A stretch of DNA of 64,000 nucleotides from Eledone cirrhosa (taxonomy: Eukaryota). The notes under the pieces were generated by a model, which did no database searches, was not told where the DNA came from, and saw only the letters and a program-made list of their open reading frames with translations. The stretch covers positions 325,128,001 to 325,192,000 of the forward strand of contig OZ024742.1 in assembly GCA_964016885.1 (NCBI GenBank), written 5' to 3'. A program made the translations under genes and the position numbers. Shown here in pieces: positions 1-10,451 of the stretch; the first letter of the stretch is position 1, and every line of letters starts with the position of its first letter.

Positions 1-1745
1 TCCGGGGAATTTTAAAAGGGCTGCTTCAACAGATACAACTTAGGCATAATAGATACAATAATTTAAGTAATTTAAGTAATTTAATTAGGGAGCAATTCAA
101 AGAGTTTATCAAGTTGGGCAAGAAAGTGGTAAATAAGAAAATACATAAGCAAAAAGACAATAATTATAACATGTATTTTTAAGAAGGTATAATGTAGCTT
201 CAGTAATCTAACAATGTATTATCACATAAAATTGTTGATACAGGATTAACAAAGACATAATAATATATAATATATTCCTGCCTAATTAACCAGTAATCAA
301 TACACTATTAACAGTCAGGCAAAATTAGCTCAGGGATATCCCGCGCTCGGATACTTTACACACATACAGTAGCACATAGGATTAGCACAGACATAATGGT
401 ATATTCCTGCCTAGTTAACAAACAATCAATTAACAATTGATGGTCAAGAAAATGTACTCAGGGATATCCCGCGCACAGATATTTACATACATACAACAGG
501 ATGAACAGTACTGGTGACCGTGTGGGCGCGATATCCATTATGCGTATGTAGTCATCTGCATAGCTCCAGGCACTGTTGGTCTTGTTTAAAGTTCATAGTT
601 CACGGATCAACTGGGATTCACTATCAGCTGCGTGGACTCTCTGGGAAATGTACCTGTGGATCTAATAGCTAGTGGTTGCTGGGTGTGGTCCGTTCGATCT
701 TTTAGTTTCGGGCGTTGCACGCTTTTGCGATAGACCAGCCTGCCGGTTCTAAGTCCAAGGTCTCGCTACATAGGATGTATTGGTCTACATGCTATATTGG
801 TAAAAAAACCAGTGTGGATTTGACTGGGGTGGTATATTACGAACTCCAAGCCCACACGCGACTGGTCAAAAGCGAATGGCTGTCCCCTCTTTGTTTGCTG
901 TATGGGTCGGTTCCAGCTTAGATGGTGGTCGTGTTATCCATGTTCCGTCAGCCCTGTATATTCAAAACAGATCAGGGTATATATTTGCGGGTATGGTCCG
1001 GCGTCTACGCTATCCAAAGGGTCTCACTTGTGGTATTTTCAAGTTCGCATGTCATCTCCCGGTTAAGACTGCGCATGCTTCGGTGAATCTCGTGCGTGGA
1101 ATCTTGGGGTATCATATTACACGGGGTGACTAGCAGAGAATATATATTCTATGCTATCGCGAACGCGCTGGCCTGTGGCTACGACCTTGTCAAGTCTCGG
1201 GTAGTAGCAGACAGCAGGTAGACCAGCTAGACACACCCCTGTTCAAGGGGCACAACCCCTAACTTATCGAGTGGTCAGACTTCAAGGGAGTCAACTCTCC
1301 AAGCCCATTAAGTCGACTATGGTAAAATACAAAAAAATCCTATTAGTAAAGAACTAATCAGAACTAACTCAAATGATGTGAGTGGGGGGAGAGTGGGGGG
1401 GGGCATCTATTTGGGCGGGGGTTTACTTAAGGGAGGGGGTGAGGGTGAGTGGTTATAGGCGGGGAGCGGCCGCCATATTGGGTGTTTTGTTACTGTTTCC
1501 CTGGGCATGTTCTCGAGTTTGTTGACATACATCTCCGACGGCACCTTCCCAGATTAGTCAACGTGGGTCCAGGCACTCACAATGTCCTACACTGCAGGCA
1601 TCAGCTACCCCCAGGGTGCCCAGCAACAATGTTGCCACCAATCCCAGGTTGGCAGGTGGGACACAGGGTCGTCTGTTCCTCACCAGAGTCCTCATCGCCA
1701 ATCGGGGAGCCGAGGCATCTATGCGGCCGGGTTAGTTAGGTTATA
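1..1745 (-). mobile_element. Unclassified, decayed repeat element (relic PHD-like finger; possibly PLE- or CR1-related), cut by the window start
   Basis: GC-richer island (500-1740) abutting (TA)n at ~1745. The minus strand near 1560-1670 reads LCPTC...CLQCRT(fs)CEC(fs)WTHVD, a broken C-x2-C...C-x2-C-x2-W-x-H pattern. A/T-skewed UTR-like part at 1-500. Confidence 0.35.
241..507. repeat. Imperfect direct repeat, 2 copies of ~130 bp
   Basis: aggatta.cacagacataat..atattcctgccta.ttaac...ctcagggatatcccgcgc occurs at ~241-370 and ~378-500. Confidence 0.85.
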
Positions 1746-1750
1746 ATATA

Positions 1751-1754
<4 letters not shown>

Positions 1755-1808
<54 letters not shown>

Positions 1809-1813
1809 TAATG

Positions 1814-1867
<54 letters not shown>

Positions 1868-1872
1868 CATTA

Positions 1873-1920
<48 letters not shown>

Positions 1921-1925
1921 AATAT
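1755..1925. repeat. (TA)n tract containing a perfect palindrome
   Basis: aaatataatgcac (1804-1816), then (TA)n, then gtgcattatattt (1865-1877). Confidence 0.9.
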
Positions 1926-2286
1926 AATGCCAATCATTGTAAGTTTGAATCTAACTGACATGCCAAAACATATATATAGGAATAAGGTAACCCCAAATGA
2001 TAGTAGATTCAAATATCACAGAGAGAAAGAGAGAGAGAAAGAGAGAGAGGGAGACAGATGGGGGGGGGGGGATGAATAGAAATCAAATATGGATTACAGG
2101 TTAAAATGTAAGTGTAGATAGATGTGAAACAAAACGAGGATGTAGTTGAAGGAACAACTGATTTAGAAGTCGACCATAAGTATGAGCAATAACATTATGA
2201 AATAGATCAACGACATCACAGCACGTTGTTTTGAAAATGTTGAAAGTTGGTTTATAAGTATGAATTTTCATAAGATTTACATAGTT

Positions 2287-2357
2287 GTCTCTGTGGCTAG
2301 CGGTAGGTACTAGACGCGGTGGAGATCCTGACCCCACGTTCAATGCTGGCCAGAGGT
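2287..2357 (+). mobile_element. Degenerate tRNA-like/SINE head
   Basis: A-box-like tggctagcgg, B-box-like gttcaatgc, acceptor-like ctctg...cagag pairing. No clean anticodon arm. Confidence 0.35.
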
Positions 2358-2869
2358 ACATGTAATCTATTTTCAGTTTTTATTTTACAACCAATTGAAA
2401 ACAACTTAAAAAAGGTTTACCGGGAACCTCTACTACGACAGCATCGAACTGCAGACTAGGACCACGATCGCTATGATTTCTTCAACTAGGCCACTTTGAC
2501 AGCTACAAATGTACAATGAAAATTGATAATTATAAACCTAATTTCAAATCAAAGTTAAAAAGATGTAATAGCATTGATAAAAGAATTATGTTCATACTAT
2601 ATACATTTCAGTATGGTTGGCACCATTGTAACACTAGCGCAAAAAGAAAAAATAGTTCTCTCGTCAAAATAAAATTGAATTATTGAATTAAAATCGATTT
2701 CAGATTATTAGTTTAGTGGGAATGTCTCATACAGTAAATATTGTAGAAATTTTAGTTAGGTTATAATATTACACATACACACACATATACATAGACACAT
2801 GCACACACCGATACACACGCACACACATAAAACAACCGAACACACACATACACACATATATTCACATAC

Positions 2870-2926
<57 letters not shown>

Positions 2927-3178
2927 AAAGAGTTAGAGTCCGACGGTTCAGTCTATGCACTTTCGACATCGAAAGAAATATATTGAATTATCTGTTCATT
3001 TTTAGTTATATATAAATGTCATCAGTGGCGGCCTCAATATTTGATAGTCGTATGGGGTACGTAGAGAAATGGGTGAAGTAGTGGTTTAGTGAGGAGGTAG
3101 AATGTTACTAAATGCAACTATTTACATATATATCTTCAAATGATAAATGTAGCACATCCTATCTCTCTACTTGCCTAT

Positions 3179-3306
<128 letters not shown>

Positions 3307-3433
3307 TTCTTCAAAATATTAATAAATACAGACATTCGTGGGATCAAATATATTTTATTATACATATTTCGGAGATAGTGAGCTATTTCAACAGTACGTC
3401 CCGTCCTCATCAGAAAAAATAAGTTGATGCCTA

Positions 3434-3474
<41 letters not shown>

Positions 3475-3655
3475 TTCGTTTCTGAATTTGTTTAGCAAGA
3501 TTCTTTATCTGAAAACGTGTGTTGAAACCGATATTTATAATAAAATTGAAGTGAAAGCAATGGTGCGTGTGTTTCTTATTGGCAACATGACCCTCCCAAA
3601 GTATAACAATATTTATATATACTTATATATATATATATATAACAATATTTATATA

Positions 3656-3752
<97 letters not shown>

Positions 3753-3757
3753 ATATA

Positions 3758-3875
<118 letters not shown>

Positions 3876-3957
3876 AATAATAAAGCAGGTAGATATCGAG
3901 CGTAGTAATTAACCATTACTGCATTCAGGATAATCCTAAGCATTTCTTGCATAACCT

Positions 3958-4009
<52 letters not shown>

Positions 4010-4309
4010 GATGGCTGTCCCCTCGTTATCGAGTATGGCCATTGCACGAGGAGAAAAAAAAAATAAAAAAAAATATTAATAGATAAATAAAAAATAAAAT
4101 AAAAGAAAAAAAAAGAAATATATATATATATATATACACACATACATATACATATATACACACATATATATATACACACACACACATACATTAATAACAA
4201 TAATAATAATAATAATAATAATAACAACAATAATAATATACATATACATATATATATACACACACATGCGCACACATAAACACATCTATACACACACACA
4301 CACACACGA

Positions 4310-7003
4310 TAGCAACTAAGAACGCTGCGATCGAATGTGGCTTTTTAGCCCAGCCAATGATCTAAAATGTCTTGCACAGAGTCGGGAACCAAAACATTGA
4401 CTGGGAATAGCCGGCTGTCGTTGGAGTTCATGTGCTTTTGCATGTCGCTTGAGTCCTCCTGCTGATTTACATCTCTACCACATGTTTGGCAAGCATGATG
4501 AGTAGCATCTCCAACAGCAGCCTGGTAGTCAACCACTGGTCTTACTTTATGACTGCGAAGATGACTTTCGAGTCCAGCTTTGCTTAGGCAGATTCTCGTA
4601 CAGCCGCTGCATGTCAGCACCATAGGAGGACCCTCGCCGCCTGGAAGTGCAACAGCAATGCCCTTCCTCACATCCCGCTTTAATTTCTCGCATGCGATTC
4701 GAGATGCCTCAAAGGCAACTTTTCCCTCATATACAGTCTTTCTCCATTTATTACGATCAGCAGCAATATTTTCCCATGTATCAGCAGAGATATTAGCGTC
4801 TTTCAAAGAGGCTTTCAAGGAATCCTTATACCTCTTTTTTGGTTTATGTGGCGGTCGCTTTCCTTTAACCAACTCTCCATAAAAGAGTTATTTTGGTATT
4901 CTAGAATCCTTCATCCTGGCAAGGTGGCCACTTCAACGGAGTCGTTGCTTAAGCACAAAAGCTTCTATACTGTCACACATAGATCTTTCCAAAATCTCTA
5001 CATCACTGATGTGGTCCCTCCAGTGAACGCCATGGATCCGTCTGAGACACATCTGATGGAAACGCTCCAATTGCTTAAGGCGGTGTCGATATGTGACCCA
5101 GGTCTCGCAGGCATAAAGAAGACAAGAGAGCACACATGCCTTGTACACCTTTACCTTTGTCCTCCTGCATATCTCTCGCCGACCCCAGAGTCGCCTTTCT
5201 AGCTTTCCGAAAGCATCACTTGCTTTCCTAATCCTAAGTGAGATTTCACTGTCAAGGTTGCTGTATCGATTGACAGTGCTTCCCAGGTAGACAAACTGAT
5301 CAACCACTCCAAGTCGTTTACCATACACATAGATATTTGGTTCAGTGTACTGCTTACCAGGGGCAGGTTAGTACATGACGGCGGTTTTCTTGAGACTGAC
5401 AGTCAATCCTAGGGCAGTGCAAGCGTCAGAAAATGCATTCAAAATGTGCTGCATATCACTCTGTGTGTGCGCTACAAGATCGCAATCATCTGAATACAAG
5501 AGGTCTCTTATGATTGATGTAAATACTTTTGTCTTTGTAGCAAAGCGCCTGATGTTAAATATGCTGCCTGAGGTTCGATATCGGATGTAAACACCATGCT
5601 CGGAATTCCTGAATGCAATACAGAAAACCATTGCTAAGTATATGGCAAACAGGGTCGGTGCTGGAATATCCCCCTGTTTCACTCCATTTTTTACTGAGAT
5701 AGGCTCCGACATGTTACCTCCGACATTAACCCAAGCCTTCATGTCGTCATGGAAAGACCTAACTAAAGCAAGAAACTTATCAGGGCAACCAAGTTTCTGG
5801 AGAACCTTCCATAATGCATCTCTGTTAACAGTATCGAAAGCTTTTGTCAGATCGACAAAAACCTGATACATATCCAAACCTTGCTCCATGCACTTCTCCT
5901 GGAGCTGTCTAGCTGAGAAGATCATATCAGTAGTGTCGCGTCCAGCACGAAAACTAGATTGACTTTGAGGAAGAACACAATCTGCAATGTGTGTCAGCAG
6001 ACGGTCCAGAAGCACCCTACATAAAACTTTCCCTACGACAGAAAGCAATGATATACCTCTGTAGTTCCCACAATCATTCCTGTTACCCTTTCCCTCGTAC
6101 AAGACCACCACTACTGCATCTCTCCAGTCCTCAGGTACGGATTCACTAGCCCATATCCTGCCAAACAAAGAGTGAAGATGTTGCAGGAGTCTCTCACCAC
6201 CATATTGTAGGAGGTCAGCCTGTATGCCATCCATACCTGGAGACCTTCCACTGTTCAGTTTCGAGATAGCCACTGCAACCTCCACAAGCGTCGGAGCTTC
6301 TGCGAGAGCTACTTTCACAGGACTTTCTGGAATGAGATTGAGGAAATCTTAACTGACGACAGACGGCTGATTCAAAAGATCATCAAAGCGCACCCGCCAC
6401 CTTCGTAGAATTCCTTGTGAGTCACGAAGAAGTTCTTTGCCATCCTTGCTACGAAGCAGTGTCACCAGAGAAGAAGACGGTCCATAAACCTCACGCAAGA
6501 GACTGTACAACAGCTTTGTGTTATTGGAATCTGACGCAGTTTGTATCTCACCAGCCTTCTCACTCCACCACTGATCCTTCATCTGAGAAAGACTCCGCCT
6601 AACACGTGATTTTACATCCTTGAGTTCCTCATGCAACGTACTCCTCTCCTGTGGGTTTGCCGTCAAGTAGCGTGACAGAGCACGCCTCTTATCCGCCAAC
6701 AAGTCTTCTATATATACATCATTCTCATTAAACCAGTCCTGATGTTTTCTCTGTACCAATCCCAGAACACGCTTGCCTACATCATAAACCGACTTTTTAA
6801 GGGTCGGCCAATCCTCACCAAGATCAGCAGCCTGCATCTCTTCTTCCAATGTCCTCTTCACATTTTTATCCTTAAGACGAGCAGCATTCAATCTTCTGGG
6901 CAGGGCAACACCAGGAGCCCAGATTTTACGTTTAGTGATTAGTTTCACTTTTGCGCGTACCAGGCGGTGGTCCGTCCAGCACTCAGCTCCACGAAGAGCA
7001 CGA
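4310..7003 (-). mobile_element. RTE/BovB-type LINE, 5'-truncated and decayed (end of APE domain, RT, three C-terminal C2H2 fingers)
   Basis: CWTDHRLV (APE end), [65 protein letters not shown]. Premature stops at 6349, 5368 and 4933. Both ends abut (CA)/(TA) tracts. Confidence 0.95.
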
Positions 7004-7055
7004 ACACACATATACACACATACATGTAATAGGAAGGCATTATGTATGTATATAT

Positions 7056-7238
7056 GTGGATTGGCAGTATCGGTAGAGGGTCGGACGCCATGCTTTGCAG
7101 CATAGTTACGTCCCTTTACGATCTGAGTACAAATCCCGCCGAGGTTGACTTTGCCTTTCATCCTTACGGGGTCGATAAAATAAAGTACCAGTAATGCACT
7201 GGGTAATTGCTGGCCTTGTGCCTAAAGTAGAAACAATT
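7056..7238 (+). mobile_element. tRNA-derived SINE, family A (Meta-domain-like centre)
   Basis: A box ttggcagtatcgg, B box gagt(t)caaatcc, central ttgcctttcatccttacggggtcgataaaataaagtaccag. Flanked by the direct repeat attatgtatgtatatat. Confidence 0.9.
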
Positions 7239-7251
7239 ATGTATGTATATA

Positions 7252-7398
7252 TGCTGCAGCATAGTTACGTCCCTTTACGATCTGAGTTCAAATCCCGCCG
7301 AGGTTGACTTTGCCTTTCATCCTTACGGGGTCGATAAAATAAAGTACCAGTAATGCACTGGGTAATTGCTGGCCTTGTGCCTAAAGTAGAAACAATTA
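7252..7398 (+). mobile_element. SINE family A, 5'-truncated tandem duplicate
   Basis: Near-identical repeat of 7097-7250, including the downstream flank. Confidence 0.9.
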
Positions 7399-7858
7399 TG
7401 TATGTATATATACATACATACATACATATACATATACATATATACATATACATACATACATACATATACATATATACATATACATACATACGCATATACA
7501 TACATACGCATATATATATATATATATAAATATATATAAATACTCTCAATCAGTCAGTTGCACATGGATGCCCATTGTTAGCAGCCACCAAAGAGATTGA
7601 TATTTGTGCCATGCTCTTTATATAAAGCGCAACACATACATTTCTGTAAATATCAAAAAGACAAATACGTATAATTTGTTATGCAAATAACTTTGCCAGA
7701 CTGCAGAAATCAGCATTAGATACATTAAATACATTAAAATTCGATACATTAAAATTCACTTGTGTATGTCTGTGTGCGTGAAAGCGAGACGGATAATGAA
7801 AGAAAGACAATTTTGTGTTTCTATACTTCTGTGAGCATGATAGAGTGCCTGAGACCGT

Positions 7859-7925
<67 letters not shown>

Positions 7926-8143
7926 CAATGTCCATGTCTGCACAATGTCCTGACGTCCCTTTTGTAATTTTAATTAAGTACCACATTGTGACTCATTCCC
8001 CTCATTTATCCTTCTCTCTCTCACCCTCCATTTCTGTGTGATGTATATATATATATATATAAGTAACGAAGGTGGTGTGGTAAGGAACCAGATGGGCCAT
8101 AACGCACCAGAGTACTCAATACTTAGGGTAGTAGAATGGGTAA

Positions 8144-8225
8144 TAGGAAAATGTTTAACCCCGAAAGCAGAGCTGAAGCCGGCGAAACAGCTTGAGCTCT
8201 GCCGTCGGGGTTAAACATTTGCCTA
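8144..8225. repeat. Fold-back PLE pseudo-LTR remnant carrying the 3' half of a hammerhead
   Basis: aaatgtttaaccccga..gcagagct pairs with agctctgc..tcggggttaaacattt. GAAA-cagcttgagctctgccg-TC-ggggt matches 19018-19045. Confidence 0.75.
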
Positions 8226-8290
8226 TATATATATAAGTATATATATCTATAACAAAGTATATATATATATATATATATATATATTGATTA

Positions 8291-8334
8291 CGCTCTGAGG
8301 AGACCTGCCCCGTATGGATGAAACATTGTTAGCG
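8291..8334 (+). ncRNA. Type I hammerhead ribozyme motif
   Basis: cgct-CTGAGGA-imperfect stem II-GAAA-cattg-TT-agcg. Stem I is cgct/agcg. Confidence 0.7.
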
Positions 8335-8374
8335 AATAAAATCGTATAAGTATGTAGGCGTTCTTTGATTTATT

Positions 8375-8409
<35 letters not shown>

Positions 8410-8610
8410 GATAGAGTAAGACACGCTTCGCATCGGCTCCGCTATTCCATCGGGATTTACCCTTACTATTGTAAGTACCGGATAAAATTTTTAGTGCAAC
8501 ACATTTGGAACACTAACCCCTGTTATTTAGGGAAACATTTTTGCATTTACCCCCTTTTTAGGGGGTAAAATAAATATCTATTTTTGCCGAAAAATTTCTT
8601 TCTTGGCAGC

Positions 8611-10446
8611 ATGGCGGAAAAGATGGCAGACATGTCTGCCATTAGCTCTGCCACGCCCCCCAAGTCTGAAGAACAAAAAATAATTACAACAAAATTAGAC
8701 ATTGAAACAAACAAACAAAATGAAAAAACAAATGTTAAGGAAAATGAGCAAACAGAAAACAAACAAACAGAAAATAATACAAATAACGACAGGGCAACTT
8801 TCGCCCAGAAAACAAAGCAATCCATTACATACACACCAATTGACCTAACTGCCGCCAGAGAAAAACTGGCCGAAGCAAAGAAACATATTGTTTTGGGAGA
8901 GAACGGAATGTTTTCCATTAACTCCCCCCCAGAATTCAAGAAAGCCAGAGAAGAAAACACAGTTATATACAGAACTATACTAAACCAGTCAAGAAAGCCA
9001 GCACAGCCCAGCCAAATGGAAATAGAGTTAGTCCTAAAAGACTATATGAAGAATATTCTCTTCATACGAAAGGACCGACTCTATGGCAGCATTTCGGTCC
9101 TAACAAGAGACAAAGAAACGGCGGTTCAGCTTTCCCTAAGCCCACTCTCGTCGACAACATATAGCTTCTATCCCTCCTACATGGGTAGAAGAACACAGAG
9201 GGTAAAAGTAAAAACAATGCTGCCCACAATGGACTTCTGGTGGGCTATTGCTGGCTTCATTGATATGGGCGAAGACACTATGCTGTCAATGGGGAAGGCA
9301 ACTGGAGATGCGTTCCTGGGAATGGGCCTCGACATACTAGTCCAAATGAGGCCCGAAAGAATAGCACAAATCCCGGATCGCATCTGGCTGGATGACCTTA
9401 CCCCAATAGACATAATTGTAGAGGGGAGAAGACCAGCATGCTATTTATGCATGGAAAGGGGACACGTTAAGGCTAACTGCCCGAAACGTATCCCCCAAAA
9501 AGGACTATTGCCCACACCCACCACAAACAGTACACCAGCACCACCCACCTCCAAAAATACACTAATACCACACACAGCAAACAAAATACAGACACCACCA
9601 ACCACAAACACAACACAAACATCACCACCACCAGCACCAAACACAAGCACGACACAAAAATCACCACCACCAACCACAACACAAACATCACCACCACCAT
9701 TACCAACCACAAGCACGACACAAACATTACCACCACCACCACCACAAAACCCATTCCAAACAAATAATAAAAAAAACAGTAACAAATCTACCCCTCCCGC
9801 AAAAAAAAAACAACCACACAACACGTCCCTCCCACCTAGCGCTGAAGAGTTTCCCCCAACTTCTGAAGAAGAAGGAGGAGAAGCCTTCAGACAAGTTAAA
9901 AGAAAAAAAAGAAAACACACACCCAGCACACCACAAATAACCCACACACAAACACCAACTCCAATCAAAAACACCCCACCCTCAACAAACAAAAATAAAT
10001 CTGCGCCTCCCCTCTCCGAAACATTGACAGCATCACAAAAAAAGACGTTGCAATACACATATATAAATAAAGAAAACAAAAAACTGGTTAAATTAATAAA
10101 CAATAACCCTATGGTGCAGACCGAAGGGCCAAACTTTATCTCAACAGAGAACTTCACCCATTTAAAAATGATAAAGGTCCCTCTGGACCTTTATCGTTCC
10201 TTAAAAGAACAATTTAGACGGGACGTGAGCCCCCCCTGTTTAAAACCGTTGAATCGCGTCCTCTTGAAAGATTTCCCCATAACCGCCCCTCTCCCTGACA
10301 CAACTCCAAATACCCCAACCCCACCACACACGTGTACCCCCACACCACCACAAAACATCCCTCCACCCAACACACCTGATGCCATGGAAATTACGCAACC
10401 CGGAGAGGTAAGTGCTTTTCCTTCTTCACTTTCAACACCAAAATAG
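8611..10446 (+). CDS. ORF1, gag-like nucleic-acid-binding protein
   Basis: Uninterrupted ~611 aa from the first ATG. IIVEGRRPACYLCMERGHVKANCP is a CX2CX4HX4C knuckle. Long Pro/Thr-rich tail and basic KRKKRK patch. Confidence 0.92.
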   Translation: MAEKMADMSAISSATPPKSEEQKIITTKLDIETNKQNEKTNVKENEQTENKQTENNTNNDRATFAQKTKQSITYTPIDLTAAREKLAEAKKHIVLGENGMFSINSPPEFKKAREENTVIYRTILNQSRKPAQPSQMEIELVLKDYMKNILFIRKDRLYGSISVLTRDKETAVQLSLSPLSSTTYSFYPSYMGRRTQRVKVKTMLPTMDFWWAIAGFIDMGEDTMLSMGKATGDAFLGMGLDILVQMRPERIAQIPDRIWLDDLTPIDIIVEGRRPACYLCMERGHVKANCPKRIPQKGLLPTPTTNSTPAPPTSKNTLIPHTANKIQTPPTTNTTQTSPPPAPNTSTTQKSPPPTTTQTSPPPLPTTSTTQTLPPPPPQNPFQTNNKKNSNKSTPPAKKKQPHNTSLPPSAEEFPPTSEEEGGEAFRQVKRKKRKHTPSTPQITHTQTPTPIKNTPPSTNKNKSAPPLSETLTASQKKTLQYTYINKENKKLVKLINNNPMVQTEGPNFISTENFTHLKMIKVPLDLYRSLKEQFRRDVSPPCLKPLNRVLLKDFPITAPLPDTTPNTPTPPHTCTPTPPQNIPPPNTPDAMEITQPGEVSAFPSSLSTPK

Positions 10447-10451
10447 ATCAA

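Noticed and set aside
715-921. CYIG motif as a GIY-YIG nuclease
   Set aside because: The upstream GIY/VVY element and the downstream Arg/Glu/Asn motifs are missing or out of order.
2287-2495. Functional tRNA genes
   Set aside because: Only degenerate A/B boxes on opposite strands with no cloverleaf. More likely old SINE heads.
2940-3030. Possible minus-strand hammerhead (ctgatgacat...atgtcgaaa)
   Set aside because: Stem II overlaps the core, and stems I/III cannot be paired convincingly.
6349-7161. N-terminus of the 270-aa ORF as a real RTE start
   Set aside because: The first ~50 codons run through an antisense SINE and microsatellite. RTE homology starts near 7003.
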